Part shown: piece by piece, positions 25,717-38,520 of the stretch | Position numbering within the stretch: position 1 is the stretch's first letter | Layout: each line of letters starts with the position of its first letter | Source of the DNA: Podarcis vaucheri | Taxonomy: Eukaryota | NCBI GenBank assembly: GCA_965113315.1 | Contig: OZ220367.1 | Reading direction: 5' to 3' (one strand) | Length of the DNA stretch: 64,000 bases | Program-made: the position numbers and the translations under genes | Notes under the pieces: generated by a model | The model's input: only the letters and a program-made list of their open reading frames with translations | Database searches by the model: none | Told to the model about the DNA's origin: nothing

Positions 25717-26502
25717 GTGACCTTCAAAGAAAGTGCAGGATTGCCTTTCCAGCTTTGTATTATATCACTAAGTTTTCCCAAGATGTTTTGTTCATATAAT
25801 AGGCACTATATCACATCATTTATAAAATGGGGTCACAAAACAATTTAGCAAAGCAATTTTCAACTCTGCAGGAAGAGCCTGACTTTTACCATTACTTGTT
25901 TTTTTAGAGTGCGATTGCTATTACCACACTGCTGTGCCTCATTATCTCTGACTGTTATATTGAGCAATTTTTAAATAATTGAAAAATGTTAAATCGGGGT
26001 CACAATTCTACAAGCTTCATCTGCACTGCTTTGGTTTAAAATTAGAAGCAATTATGTTGAGAACATCTAGGTTAGAGTTATTATAGCAGGCAACAATGCT
26101 GAAACCAAAGTTCCGGTTAAATATACTAGCTTTCTGAAAATGCTATTACAATTTCTTGAAATGTCCAACTCTCATGATCTGAAACGTGTGACCAATTTAC
26201 TTCACTAAATACAATGGTAACACATGGTGATGTGTTCAGGGTAAAAAGAAAAGAAAAAACAACCATTGATGTACTAGATTTTTTAATGTAAAGATTGTAA
26301 GAAATAGTGAATTCCTCTGTTGATATATAGGGCAGCCTTTGCCAATCTGGCTGGTGTTCATCAATGCCAGCCAGCAACTGGAGGCCACCAGCCAAGTTTA
26401 TGAAGACTAATGTATAGGAATAAGTAAAACCCTGATATGCAGTCATTATTAGCAAACACAGACATGAAGTAGGAGGGGAAATGACAGAACAGAGATGCAG
26501 TA

Positions 26503-26847
26503 CAGTGGTGCCCCGCAAGATGAATGCCTCGCAAGACAAAAAACTCGCTAGACGAAAGGGTTTTGCGGTTTTTGAGCTGCTTCGCAAGACGAATTTCCCT
26601 ATGGGCTTGCTTCGCAAGACGAAAACGTCTTGCAAGTTTGTTTCCTTTTTCTTAACACCGTTAATACAGTTGCGACTTGACTTCAAGGAGCAACTCATAG
26701 AACACGGTGTGGTAGCCTTTTTTGAGGTTTTTGGTGATTTTTGAAGCTTTTCCAAAACTTTTCCGACACCGTGCTTCGCAAGACGAAAAATTCGCTAGAC
26801 GAAAAAACTCGCGGAACGAATTAATTTCGTCTTGCGAGGCACCACTG
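26503..26847. mobile_element. Tc1/mariner MITE with internal cgcaagacgaa repeats
   Basis: TIRs cagtggtgccccgcaaga / tcttgcgaggcaccactg, TA TSD, CpG-rich (young). Confidence 0.88.
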
Positions 26848-27857
26848 TATTGAGAACCTAGCTTACAATAAAAAAGACAAGAAAAATGAAAAAAAAGATC
26901 TTGGCTCGCACTCCCTTGTGTGTTTTTAAAAAAATTCCCAGGCTTTCATACAGAGGGAAACATATAAATTACATACAAATTCTCCAGCCACAAAAATGAC
27001 AAGAGAGCTGGACTAAAGAATGAGGCCAGCCAAAAAAGGGTTTTTTTTAATCCCCCATTGTGCCTTTTTTTTGGGGGGGGGTAACTAGCAATTATAAGCC
27101 AGAGACACATTCATCCTATGGGATTTCTCAGATAACATGATAATGTGTAAGTTATGTGGGTACTTTAAAAAGGCAAGGACATTAAACCATTGCTTTCTGA
27201 CTGAGGGTTAGGCAAGCATGGACTAATTGCAACTTGCTGGCCGACTGATTCAGAACAGTTCAAGCGACAACTTATCTGAGGTACATTTTCTTTGTTTTTA
27301 GATGGCATGATTAGACCTAAGAGTTAGTTATGAGAGCAAATATCCCTCCCTCCCTACAGTCCTCACTTGAGAGAAGTTATTTTATAGTGTATCAGACTGG
27401 AACAACCTGTTTGTCCCCAGTATGCCTATGCAGACTTGACTAACATTAAAAACAAGCAAAATCCTGGCTTTCTTAATACAAAACATCAGGCTGTTCTTGG
27501 AGAGATTACTTTCTTATGCATTTCATTCAGAATTAGTCTTTTTTAATCTTCGCACAGCCTGCAAAGCAGAAGTAATTTTTTTTAAAAAAATTGCAGTAGC
27601 ATCTTGAAGAACATAACTTTAAAGCATGAAAACGAAAGGTGGTGTACCCTCAGTTCTGCTGGCATGCCAGGACTTCCATGTCCTCTCCTCTGGCAACCGT
27701 GGAACTGATTTGGAGGGCATGTTGTGGGTTGGAGGAGATGAGAGTCTATAGCATGCACAGAAGTCCATTGTACCAGCAGAGCTATAGCACAGCCTGCAAA
27801 GCAGAAGTAATTTTTTTTAAAAAAAATTGCAGTAGCATCTTGAAGAACATAACTTTT

Positions 27858-30107
27858 ATTTTTTTTTTTTTATAATAATTTTTATTACATTTTTTACAGA
27901 AATAACAAAGAGATCAAAAAGTAAGAAGAAAAAAAAAAGACCAGAAAAAAAGGAAAAAGAAAAACACGACCATTTCGATAACTCATTTCAAATTTCCATT
28001 GGACTTCCCCCATCCCTCGCAGAATGCATTTCTTAACAATAAATTTATCAGCAAATTATATCCTTATTTCATATGTTTCTTTCTATTTTCAATTACAGTT
28101 TAAATTTAAATCTCTTGATCAATATATACTCTGAGCAATATACCATAATATCGTTTTTACCCATTTAAACCTTAATTCTTTCATAAATCTTGTCAAATTT
28201 CATAAATGATTAAGTTTTGTTACTGGGGCTAGATTCCCAATCACACGACATCTTATGTTTCATATAACTTATAATACTTTTGCAAATAGTCTTTAAATTT
28301 TTTCCAGTCCTCCTCCATTGCTTCTTCTCCCAAGTCTCGAATCCTTGCAGTCATCTCGGCTAATTCCATGTAGTTCATCAGTTGCGTGTGCCAGTCCTCC
28401 AGTGTGGGCAAATCTTGGGTCTTCCAATGCTTAGCGATAAGAATTCTTGCTGCTGTTGTAGCGTACATAAAAAAAGTTCTATCCTTTTTAGACACCTTCT
28501 GGCCGACAATGCCCAGAAGGAAGGCCTCTGGTTTCTTGGGAAAAGTGTACTTAAACACCTTTTTTAACTCATTATAGATCATTTCCCAGAAGGCCTTCAG
28601 TCTTGGGCAGGTCCACCAGAGGTGAAAGAATGTTCCCTCAGCTTCCTTACATTTCCAACATTTGTTATCGGACAAATGGTAAATCTTAGCTAGCTTAACC
28701 GGGGTCATGTACCACCTGTATACCATTTTCATAATGTTTTCTTTCAAAGCATTACATGCAGTAAACTTCATACCGGTGGTCCATAACCTTTCCCAGTCAT
28801 CAGACATAATATTATAACCAATGTCCTGAGCCCATTTTATCATTGCTGATTTAACTGTCTCATCTTGAGTGTTCCATTTAAGCAGCAAGTTATACATTCT
28901 CGATAATAACTTGGTCTTTGGTTCAAGCAACTCTGTCTCAAGTTTCGATTTTTCCACCTGGAAACCTGTTTTTTTGTCTAGCTTAAAAACCTCATTAATT
29001 TGGGCATAATGCAGCCAATTTTGCACCTTATCCTTTAGTTTTTCAAAGCTCTGCAATCTCCAGTTACCTTCAATATTTTCTATTATTTCCCAATATTTCG
29101 GCCAATAAGCCTCCATATTGGTTGTTTTCCGAGCTTTGGCCTCTATTGGTGAGATCCACCTCGGAGTTTTGCTTTCCAATAAGTCTTTGTATTTTTTCCA
29201 GACCATATATATTGCTTTTCTAACAATATGGTTTTTAAACATTCCATATGATTTACCCTTGTCATACCACAAATACGCATGCCAACCTAACGAATTGTTG
29301 AAGCCTTCCAGATCTAGGACATCAGTGTTTTCTAATAGAATCCAATCTTTCATCCAGCAGAAGGCTGCCGCTTCATAGTATAGCCTTAGGTCCGGCAGGG
29401 CAAACCCCCCTCTCTCTTTTGCATCAGTTAATATCTTAAACTTTATTCGGGGCTTTTTGCCCTGCCAGACAAACCTAGAAATGTCCTTCTGCCACTTTCC
29501 AAAGCATTCCACTCTGTCCACAATCTGCAAGGCTTGAAACAAAAACAACATCTTTGGCAAAACGTTCATCTTTATAGCTGCAATTCGGCCTAACAAGGAT
29601 AATTTCAGTCTTGACCAAATTTCTAAATCTTTTTTGACTTCTAACCAACATTTCTCATAATTATCTTTAAATAGATTCAAATTCTTGGAAGACAGATTGA
29701 CCCCCAGGTATTTCACTTTCTTAACAATATTTAGTTCTGTCTCTTTCTGAAACCCTTCTGTTTCCATGGCCGTCAAGTTTTTCCCTAAGACTTTAGTTTT
29801 TTGCTTGTTCAACTTAAAACCCGCCACCCGACCAAATTTCTGGATCAGTTCTAAAACTCTTTTTGTACTGGGTTCTGGCTCCTGTAGTGTTAAAACCAGG
29901 TCATCTGCAAATGCTTTCAGTTTATATTGTTTCGCTCCGACCCGTATTCCTTGTACCTGCCGATCCTCCCTTATCATGTTCAGCAAAACCTCCAGGACTG
30001 AAATAAACAATAAGGGGGATAGGGGGCACCCCTGTCGTGTTCCTTTTTCAATATGAAGTTCTTCTGTCACCACATTGTGGTACACCACATTGTTCTTTTA
30101 TGTTTAA
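27858..30107 (-). mobile_element. Young 5'-truncated L1-clade LINE (RT C-terminal half, 3'UTR, A-rich tail)
   Basis: Uninterrupted 611-codon ORF; 15-bp TSD aagaacataactttt at 27843-27857 and 30108-30122; TTTT/AA endonuclease site; poly-T on + strand. Confidence 0.95.
28253..30078 (-). CDS. L1 ORF2p fragment: reverse transcriptase and C-terminal CCHC region (no endonuclease, 5' truncated)
   Basis: Motifs GTRQGCPLSPLLF, FADD, KYLG, GGFALPDL, CWKC-x8-H-x4-C; the predicted ORF start lies in junction filler DNA, not a real start. Confidence 0.9.
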
Positions 30108-31863
30108 AAGAACATAACTTTTAAAGCATGAAAACGAAAGGTGGTGTACCCTCAGTTCTGCTGGCATGCCAGGACTTCCATGTCCTCTCCTCTGGCAACC
30201 GTGGAACTGATTTCGAGGGCATGTTGTGGGTTGGAGGAGATGAGAGTCTATAGCATGCACAGAAGTCCATTGTACCAGCAGAGCTATAGCACTGGGTTCC
30301 AGCAACAAAGCTTGCTTTTCTCATATTTTCAACAGATTAATACAGTGTCTTGTTAATGATAAACATTGCAGATTGTGAGAAGTATAAAGGAAGATCTTAC
30401 TGGAAGATTTAGGCAGACAAATCAGATGTGGCATAGAACAATTCAGGGAAGAATAGTGTTACAGGGCCATGAACCCATATCTTACAGGTATATCACTAGT
30501 ATTAGGATCTTTACTGGACAGTTTTGTAAAATAGACTATATTGCAGTGAACCAAATTGCCTTATTGGTGTTGCGGAATTCAGCAATGACCCAGAAAGGTC
30601 AATATGAGTGTGCTTGGTCTGGAGAATTAACAAAAGTCACACAGTTTGTATAAGTTGAATGCTTATTTATAAAATTAGCTTAAAAGAAAAATGAAGGGCT
30701 TTGCAGCTTGACATGCAAATATGAAAGTATGTAATGCAAAAAATATGAGCAGTGTCAAGAGGCAAGTGAGATTTGAAAAATAAGAGAGGCAGAAAAAGTC
30801 ATAGCAGCTAAAGAGCACAGAAATTGTAGCTAGCCTTTATCAAAACCAACCAAGATTTCACAAAGTTGGGAGCAAGATGTTGAGCAACAATGTAGAAAAA
30901 GCTATGGATGATGTGGTTGCCAAAATGGAGTGCAGAATTAATTCGTTATGAAAATGTCATTAGATTAGCCCCTCTAGATACCCTAAATACAGGTGTTTTT
31001 TTGGGAGGGGTATCATTTAAGCATGGTAATGGTTTCTCAGTGACTGTGAGCATTTATCTTGACCCCGTGGCACAAGTGGTGCCGGTTAGTTGTATGGGTA
31101 CCACTTTGGTGAAGGACATCGGTTGCCTCCAATTTAGTTTTTCAACCAGAAATGTTCCTATTGTAAAAGCAAACACTAATCCTTTAAATGGAAGCAGCCA
31201 TAATACAGATTAAAAGGCCTATTATAAAATAAAAGCCTAGGGGGAACAAACTGGTGTTCTAGGTCTGTCTAGTGGTCTAGATGAGGGCAGAGGATTCTAG
31301 TGAAGTTCAGGTGTGGCCTGACACCAATACTGTAGAGCCCTTTAGCTTGCTTCTGTGAGCTGCTGTGCAAGCTCTTGTCTAAACTTGCAATGAGACAGGC
31401 ATATAACCACTTCCAATGTTATGATTTTCATCACAGGAATGAATTGAAGGTGCAGTCGTGTGAGGACAAGGAGTACCATTTGGAGACCAAGATAAAAGCT
31501 TTGTTTTCAAAGATCTTCAGAATTCTTTGGCCTGTTTGTTCTCAAACTGTAGAGTTTTGATTTTGTCCTCACAACGTGTGAGGTAAGAGAGGCTGAGAGA
31601 GAGAGAGAGAGTGATTTGCTCAGGAGGAAGGATTTCAATAGGTTTGTTACTGAGGAAGACTTTGGAACAAGCTAAACCTGTGCGAAAGGAATAGGCTGCA
31701 CTTGAATCGAATGGAATTAATTGAAAGCAAGCAGAAAAGGGAAAGTTAGGAGTGTTGAATCTACACCAGCCTGCAAGATATCATTTTCAGAGGCCCTCCT
31801 TTGGGTTGAGAAGGTGGATAATCTTGCAATAATCAAACATGAATGTGAGTGAGCTGTGCTGCA

Positions 31864-31903
<40 letters not shown>
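31864..31903. repeat. (GCTT)n microsatellite
   Basis: Direct reading. Confidence 0.95.
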
Positions 31904-31905
<2 letters not shown>

Positions 31906-32747
31906 TTACCAGGCAAGCCAGTTAGCATACCTGTGCTAGTGACCTTGATCAACACCGATATATTTTTTAAGTACTGGCAACATAAACGGTAGTACTCTTT
32001 TTGAACACAATACTTATTTGACAGTGATTTCCTATTTGGAGTTTCCATTACATCAGATGTGCTGAGTTGTGTATTCCATTGAACTCTGTCTTATTGAGAT
32101 GATGATGGTAGCCATTAAAATTCATTGTTATGTTTCCTATTTTGTCTCCCTACCTATATTGCTTTCCATTGCATGATTCTGTGCATCTGGGAGTGGGGGT
32201 ATGTCTTATTGTAGTATGTTTCATGGTAGTAACTTTATAAGTACACAAGCAAATAAATTGTAAAAGGAAGAATGATTGACTTAGCTTCTCAGAGCCACAG
32301 TCTCATACACTGCTGTACAAAAATTCTGTTAGTTTCACTATGCAGATTTACTAAGGAAAAATTCAGCCAGCTCAGTTCACCAAGCCTATTTTTTTGGTTG
32401 AGCACACAGAACCCCAGCTATTTACTTTGTGTTCTTCACTGTAGTTTCCTGTTCACTTTGGAATAACTTTACTCACATTCCCCTATTATTCTGATGATGT
32501 CATATTGTGGTGTGTTTGTGAGCTTCCTTGACAAAGAAGTGGGGGAATCTTCACTTGGTGCTTCAGAGTGACTGAGTAAATATCAATTATTTATGCCACT
32601 TGAGAGTTATCCTAGAGCAAAACAAAAACAAAAAACCTTCCATTTCTGAAGCAGATACAATTATTTTACTGCCCATCTGAAAGTAAGTTCATATTGCTGT
32701 TGCAGACATTATAGTTGAACTTACTGTTTGACATCCTTCATATATGA

Positions 32748-32885
32748 CAGGCATAGGCAAACTCCGGCTCTCCAGATGTTTTGGGACCACAATTCCCATC
32801 ATCCCTGACCACTGGTCCTGTTAGCTAGGGATGATGGGAGTTGTAGTCCCAAAACATGTGGAGGGCCAGAGTTTGCCTATGCCTG
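32748..32885. mobile_element. hAT MITE, palindromic
   Basis: TIR caggcataggcaaactc / gagtttgcctatgcctg; perfect 8-bp TSD atatatga. Confidence 0.92.
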
Positions 32886-33220
32886 ATATATGAAATTGCT
32901 GGCAACAGCCATCAATTGGTGAGCTGCCATGATTGCTACATTAGCAGGTGATAAAGTGGTTCATCATCCATAGACTGATGCTGTCTACTTGAAAGTGTAA
33001 TTTGCCTGTGTTACAGGAAATTTTATGGAGCTGTATTGGAGGACAATGATGTACAGATACTGAAAACGGAACTTCGGGTGCTATCCACTTACAATAATAG
33101 AATATTTAATATTTTAAAAACCCCCACAAAATATGTCATGCATTTATTGTGAAATTCTGGTTAATAGGTGGAAAGAGGAAATCTACCTCTTTTAAAATTT
33201 TGTATTTTCTTTATTTTTAG

Positions 33221-33537
33221 AACGACAATTGAGTTCATCTATGGCTGGATCAAATGCCCTTGCTTCCACTGTAGCTGGTGTCAGTAAAGAACTTGTAGAA
33301 CTTCAGCAACTCATTCAGTTTCCAGAGGAGGTTGCTAGTATTCTGACTGAGCAGGAGCAGGATCTCTACAGAAAAGTACTGCCAATCGACTACCTCTGCT
33401 TCTTAACCAGAGATTTGGGGAATGCTGAATGCCAGAGCAAACTATCAACTCTTAAGGCTTCTATTTCTGCAACTCTTCTTTCTGCCCCAAATGAGGAACA
33501 CAATGCTGTTGAAGATTTGGTGACAAGATTCAATGAG
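33221..33537 (+). CDS. PLCE1: PLCE1 coding exon (exon 4 equivalent), start of CDC25/RasGEF domain, 317 nt
   Basis: tttttag|AA acceptor, GAG|gtaggg donor; (E)RQLSS...[37 protein letters not shown]...EDLVTRFNE. Confidence 0.97.
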
Positions 33538-35609
33538 GTAGGGTGAGGATTTTTATTACATACGCACATGTTTGGTTTTCTTTTATGTTGTTTGTGGAGT
33601 GGGTAAAGGGTACATTTTTTCAGTATTCGAGAGGAACCAGGGCATAGGGCCTACTGATGGGGCCCTTAACCTTTGACAAGAACTGGCAGGTTTACTAGCT
33701 GGTGGTAGCAGATGGCAGCAGTGACTGGGTTTAGCAGCGATTTCAATTTCCTCCTAATGTATTGCGCTCCTAATGTATTGTGGCAACGCTCCTAATGTAT
33801 TGTGGCACTGAGGGTGCCATTTTGTTTTCCACAGTGCCCTACAGCAACACTATGTGATGGGCATTAGGAGCAATTTAAATGTTGGCTAGATCCGGCTGCC
33901 AGCTCCGCTCTGAGTGCTGATCTAGAACTAGGGACCTGTCATCTGCCTGAGCATGTTGGGTGCTGCCATCAGGGCCTAGTGGTTTTAATAAATTAGTTTA
34001 TTTGGTTTCTTATAAACTCATGCTCTTGTGGAAAGCAGCCATGTTGCTTAATTCTCTGAACTGTTTTGTTGCAGGCTAAACATGATCTTCTTAGTGGTCT
34101 GCATGAGGCATTATGAAACGGGGGGTATCTAGATTACATTAACAGCTCACATGTATTTATCCATAATCCGCAGAAAACTAATTAAGCACTTTCATATGCT
34201 GTGATTGTTCTTCAAGAAGCTGCGCTGTTTTTCTAAGTAGTTTTCTGGTGCAGCAAACCTTAGCCCAGTTTCTTTTTCTCAATTATTTTTCAAGGAGATG
34301 CTTAATTGCTTTGAGTGTGACAGAGGGCCTCCTGTACCACTGCAGTGGTATAACTTAACTGTGTTGAGCAGGTGTTCTGAACTGACTCAAGGTGGCGTTC
34401 TGTTGCGACAGAGACTCTTTGCTTTGCTAAGTCAACAGTAGCGAGCGCTGCTGTACTAAAGTTTTGTGAATAACAGATATCTTAATCATTGATTTGTTAT
34501 TTGGTAGCCACTTTCCCCAGTTTTAATGAGAAAAGCTTAGAGTGAGAAAGAGATGAGGGTAGAACACAAAACCCTTGAAGGATCATAACTCACCTTCAGA
34601 CACTGCAGGAGTTTCCATCATTTGTATGTGTGAGTCATCTGCATTTCCAGCTGGCAATATTCTTTTGAATAGTGTCTAAAAGGGATACCTGCATGGGAGA
34701 CATGTTCAGTGTCCTTTTGTATGCATGACCTCTTTTTTTTTGCTGAGACATTTATGTTACCTCTCATCCACCACAGCAGCTACTGTAACTTTCCATGAGA
34801 AGATTAAGCAAAGCAAAATAAGAAGGGGCAAAGCATCAAAACGACATGGGGAGGGAAATGAAATTTAATACTGTAGCAATAGCAACACTGTAGTAAAATG
34901 CCCAAAGTAGTTCTTTAAAGACTTTTGAGGGCACAAAAATACACCTTTCCTAGCAAGGCAGCATTTTTCCTTATAAGGCAACTTGGGAGAGATGTTGCTT
35001 TACTGGGAAATCCTGAAGAAAGTCTTTATTGAAATGCATTTGGCATTTTACCATTTGATTAAATTTCATATTTTTCCTGTATATTTTTGAGGCTTTGCCT
35101 CTTTTTTCTTCCTCCCCCCTCCACCCCCTGCTTGTTCCTTCTGTTTTGTGATCTCCCCCATTTTTCTCTTATGTTGCTTCCACAATCAAAGGCAATCTCA
35201 TACCACTGTCTCCGGTTTGTTCAAAGGAGTACAACATTCCCGTTGCTCTAAATATCAGTTTGGAGATGATCCATTCATCACAAAAACCACTCGGTCAATT
35301 ATACGAGGGGAACATGTTAAAACCATAAAATCAGAAACACTATAGATCTTTTCTTTGAAGTCTTTGTTTTTAGTTTTTATTTTGTTTTTATTTTTGCTTT
35401 GGTAGCCTTGTACTCTGAAGTGAAAGATACGTGCTAATGTGTTCAGAGTTCAGTAGAGCTTTGGGTACTATTCTGAAATAAGGCATTCCTTTTCTTCTTA
35501 ACAACTTCTGATTCGTTTAAAATATGGGACACTTGCCAACTTGGGAGAAAGGTGGGATATAAATATATTAAATAGTAGTAGCAGCAGCAGCAGCAGCAGC
35601 AATGCTGTA

Positions 35610-35842
35610 CAGTGGTACCTCGGGTTAAGTACTTAATTCATTCCGGAGGTCTGTTCTTAACCTGAAACTGTTCTTAACCTGAAGCACCACTTTAGCTAAT
35701 GGGGCCTGCTGTGCTGCTGCTGCACAATTTCTGTTCTCATCCTGAAGCAAAGTTCTTAACCTGAGGCAATATTTCTGGGTTAGCGGAGTCTGTAACCTGA
35801 AGCGTATGTAACCTGAAGCGTATGTAACCCGAGGTACCACTG
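35610..35842. mobile_element. Tc1/mariner MITE
   Basis: TIRs cagtggtacctcgggtta / taacccgaggtaccactg, TA TSD; near-identical to 58625-58850. Confidence 0.9.
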
Positions 35843-36440
35843 TATATATATTCGCAAATGTTGACTTGAAAATTCTACCGCTTTTAACAGTTCATAGGAG
35901 CGTAGAAATTTGATTTTAAAGGTTCTGCTATATTAAGGCCTTTGTTTTCACATATTACTTTTAAGATAAAGTAATTTTCATAGGAAAAAAAAGGAAGGTG
36001 CCTTTTACAAAGTCAGACCATTTATCTCAGTATTGTTTAGACTGTGTACTGAATAGCAGCTGCTCTCGAAGACTGGGGAAATTGTTGGTCCTACTTGGAG
36101 AGGCCAGCAATTGAACCATCAACGTTCTTCAAGAAAAGCAGGTCCTCTGCCACTGACCTGTGGTCCTTTCTTACTGAGCTATGGACTTCCCCTATATGGT
36201 TTGCAATATCTAAGGGTTGTCCATTCATATAGTGAAACTTCCCCTCTGTCTTCTCTCCTCATGCATCTGGATCCTCTGGATCAGATTTGGGGGTGTTGTG
36301 AGAGACATGTTGAGGGGGAGAGGAGGCAAATTCCTGTTGCTCTGACAGAAGTTATTCCACTCACGCAATGACTTAGTTGGATTCAACCCTAAGAACCCTG
36401 GAAATGGTACTCATTTGTTGCTTCACACAATACTTAGCTA

Positions 36441-36637
36441 AGGCAAGGCTAGGACTCGAACCAATGGCTTCAAGTTACAAGAAAGGACATTTCGACTAAA
36501 CGTGTGGAAAGAAATTCTGACAGTAAGAGCTGTTTGTCAGCGGAACGGTCTCCCTCAGGAATTTGTGCTCTCCTTCCCTGGAGGTTTTTAAGCAGTGTTT
36601 AGATGGCCGTCTGTCATGGATGCTTTAGCTGAGATTC
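36441..36637 (+). mobile_element. CR1 fragment
   Basis: Colinear with 3410-3600 (gaaccaatggcttcaagttacaagaaa...ctgacagtaagagctgttt). Confidence 0.8.
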
Positions 36638-37857
36638 TAAGCTTATTGCATTGAGACTTCAGTTAATGCAGTAGAAACTTTTTATTTCTATTTATATACT
36701 AGATAGTGAAATGTGCTTTTGCTAAATGTAATTTACAATTTTGGTGGAAATTTGATATATCAATTCTTTACATTATTTACAATATTAGCTGCATGTTCAA
36801 TATGTTTGTCATACATACTCCGTTAGCAACAGGGATTTTCTGTCCATCGCTGTTTATCTATTTGAAAGAAAATTCCTACAGAAAGAGTCATGCTTTGGTT
36901 GGCGAAAACCAGTAACTGCTTGCTGACTTCTGGCATTGCCTGCAAAAATAATTCACTATATTTATATTGTGGGAGCCAGAATGAATTTTTAGATGACAGA
37001 CTCTTGATACTTAATGGGAGACAACTATTTCATACCATTGTCCTTTTTTTCCACTGCGCAATTATTGCATGCAAATGGCATATCATGTAACACTGCTTTT
37101 TCATAAATTTTTGATAAATGCTAGTGCTAATTGATATTACTTAATAGTTTTTGCTTCCTGACAAAGGCATTTCATGTTTAATGTAGTTACCCATTCATTT
37201 CAGAGGGTTGTCCCTTGGGGTAGAATTTTTAACCAAATTAGTCAGTATAATGCTCTAAACCTCAATTATGGCTGACCAAAAATTCAGAAAGAAAATACTG
37301 CATGGCATTTTTTTATATCCTGTGCAGCTGTCTTACAAATTGTATCCTTTTGTACAGAAAAAAAGGATAACTGGTTATCTCCAGGAGCAAATGGCATACA
37401 TTTCTTTCCAGTTTTTACTGATAGCTTCATATATTTAACTACTAGAAACCTGAAGGCTAACCATTCTGTCAGTACACGTTACCAATTTTAGACTATTTAA
37501 AATACATTTTAGCTCTCAGCTGACAGATAAGGTTCAATGCTGTCCAACAGCACTGTAAAAATTATACTTTTTGTGTTGGCCTTCCATTATTCCATGTAGT
37601 CCTCAGTTGAGAATTGTTTATAATGTTTTAGCTCTCCCCACATCAATTTAGTGAAAAATCGGTGCTTTTTCTCTTAGCAGCTTGTAAGTTCAATTCTATC
37701 CTTATCTGAATGACCGAGAAAACCGGGGGGGGGGGGGTGTGCATTAAAAATGCTAAGAATTAAAGAAAAACCTTTCTTTTTCTTGTAATTTGAACATGTT
37801 GGTTTGGTTCCTATTCTTTGAAACAGTAGAAAACAAATTTGGACCACCAGCTATGTA

Positions 37858-38365
37858 CCGTATTTTTCGCTCCATAAGACGCACTAGACCATAAGACGTA
37901 CCTAATTTTGGGAGGAGGGAAACAAGAAAAAAAATATTCTGAATCCCAGAAGCCAGAACAGCAAGAGGGAACTTCTGGGATAGCCTCTTGCTGTTCTGGC
38001 TTATGGGATAGCCACGTACAGCCTCTCCCAGGCAGCAGGATGAAGGCTCCCCCTTCCCGGGAGAGGCTGCGGGATCCCGCTTGCTGTCCCGGCTTCTGGC
38101 CTAGCCGTGTGCAGCCTCTCCCAGGCAGTGGGAGGAAGGCTCTCCCAAGAGCCGCGCACCCTTTAAAAAGCTTGCGGAGCGTGTGTGTGGCTCTTGGGGA
38201 CTTTTCCCCTAGGAGGGAGAAGGGCAGTCCTTTTCCCTCCTTGGGGAAAAGCCCCCATGCTCCACGCGGCTCTTTAAAGGGAGCGCTGAGCAGCGCCTCC
38301 TGCCTAGATTCGCTCCATAAGATGCACACACATTCCCCCTTACTTTTTTAGAGCGAAAAATATGG
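37858..38365. mobile_element. pogo/Tc2-type MITE (long derivative)
   Basis: ccgtatttttcgctccataagacgca ... gagcgaaaaatatgg, TA TSD; explains spurious ORFs 37811-38400. Confidence 0.85.
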
Positions 38366-38369
38366 TAAT

Positions 38370-38520
38370 TCCTTTTCAGATATTTGAAGGTGGCTTTCAT
38401 ATCACCTCTTAATCATCTCTTCCCCAGGCTAAGCACACACAACTCCTTCAGCCATTTCTCTTGGTGCTTGGCCTCCACCCCCTCCCACCCCCCAATCTTT
38501 GTTGCTTTCCATCTGGGTAT
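38370..38520 (-). mobile_element. CR1 fragment, antisense
   Basis: Reverse complement similarity to 3240-3370 (ttcagatatttgaag...ccaggctaagca...ctccttcagcc). Confidence 0.65.

Larger units (their letters stand above)
27552..30292. repeat. 235-bp tandem duplication (copy 1 27552-27786; copy 2 27787-27857 + 30123-30292, split by L1)
   Basis: Copies differ by one substitution and two 1-bp homopolymer length changes; GCAC microhomology at the junctions. Confidence 0.92.

Noticed and set aside
26126-26755. 209-aa minus-strand ORF
   Set aside because: Runs through a MITE and an old SINE-like fragment; no splice or homology support
26510-26830. CRISPR-like spaced repeats (cgcaagacgaa)
   Set aside because: Eukaryotic DNA; irregular subterminal repeats inside a TA-flanked MITE
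34383-34637. Two AP-1-like TGA(C/G)TCA sites in a TE-poor stretch
   Set aside because: 7-mers are expected by chance in 64 kb; no conservation data available
37811-38400. Overlapping 147-172-aa ORFs
   Set aside because: GC-rich interior of a non-autonomous MITE; no transposase motif
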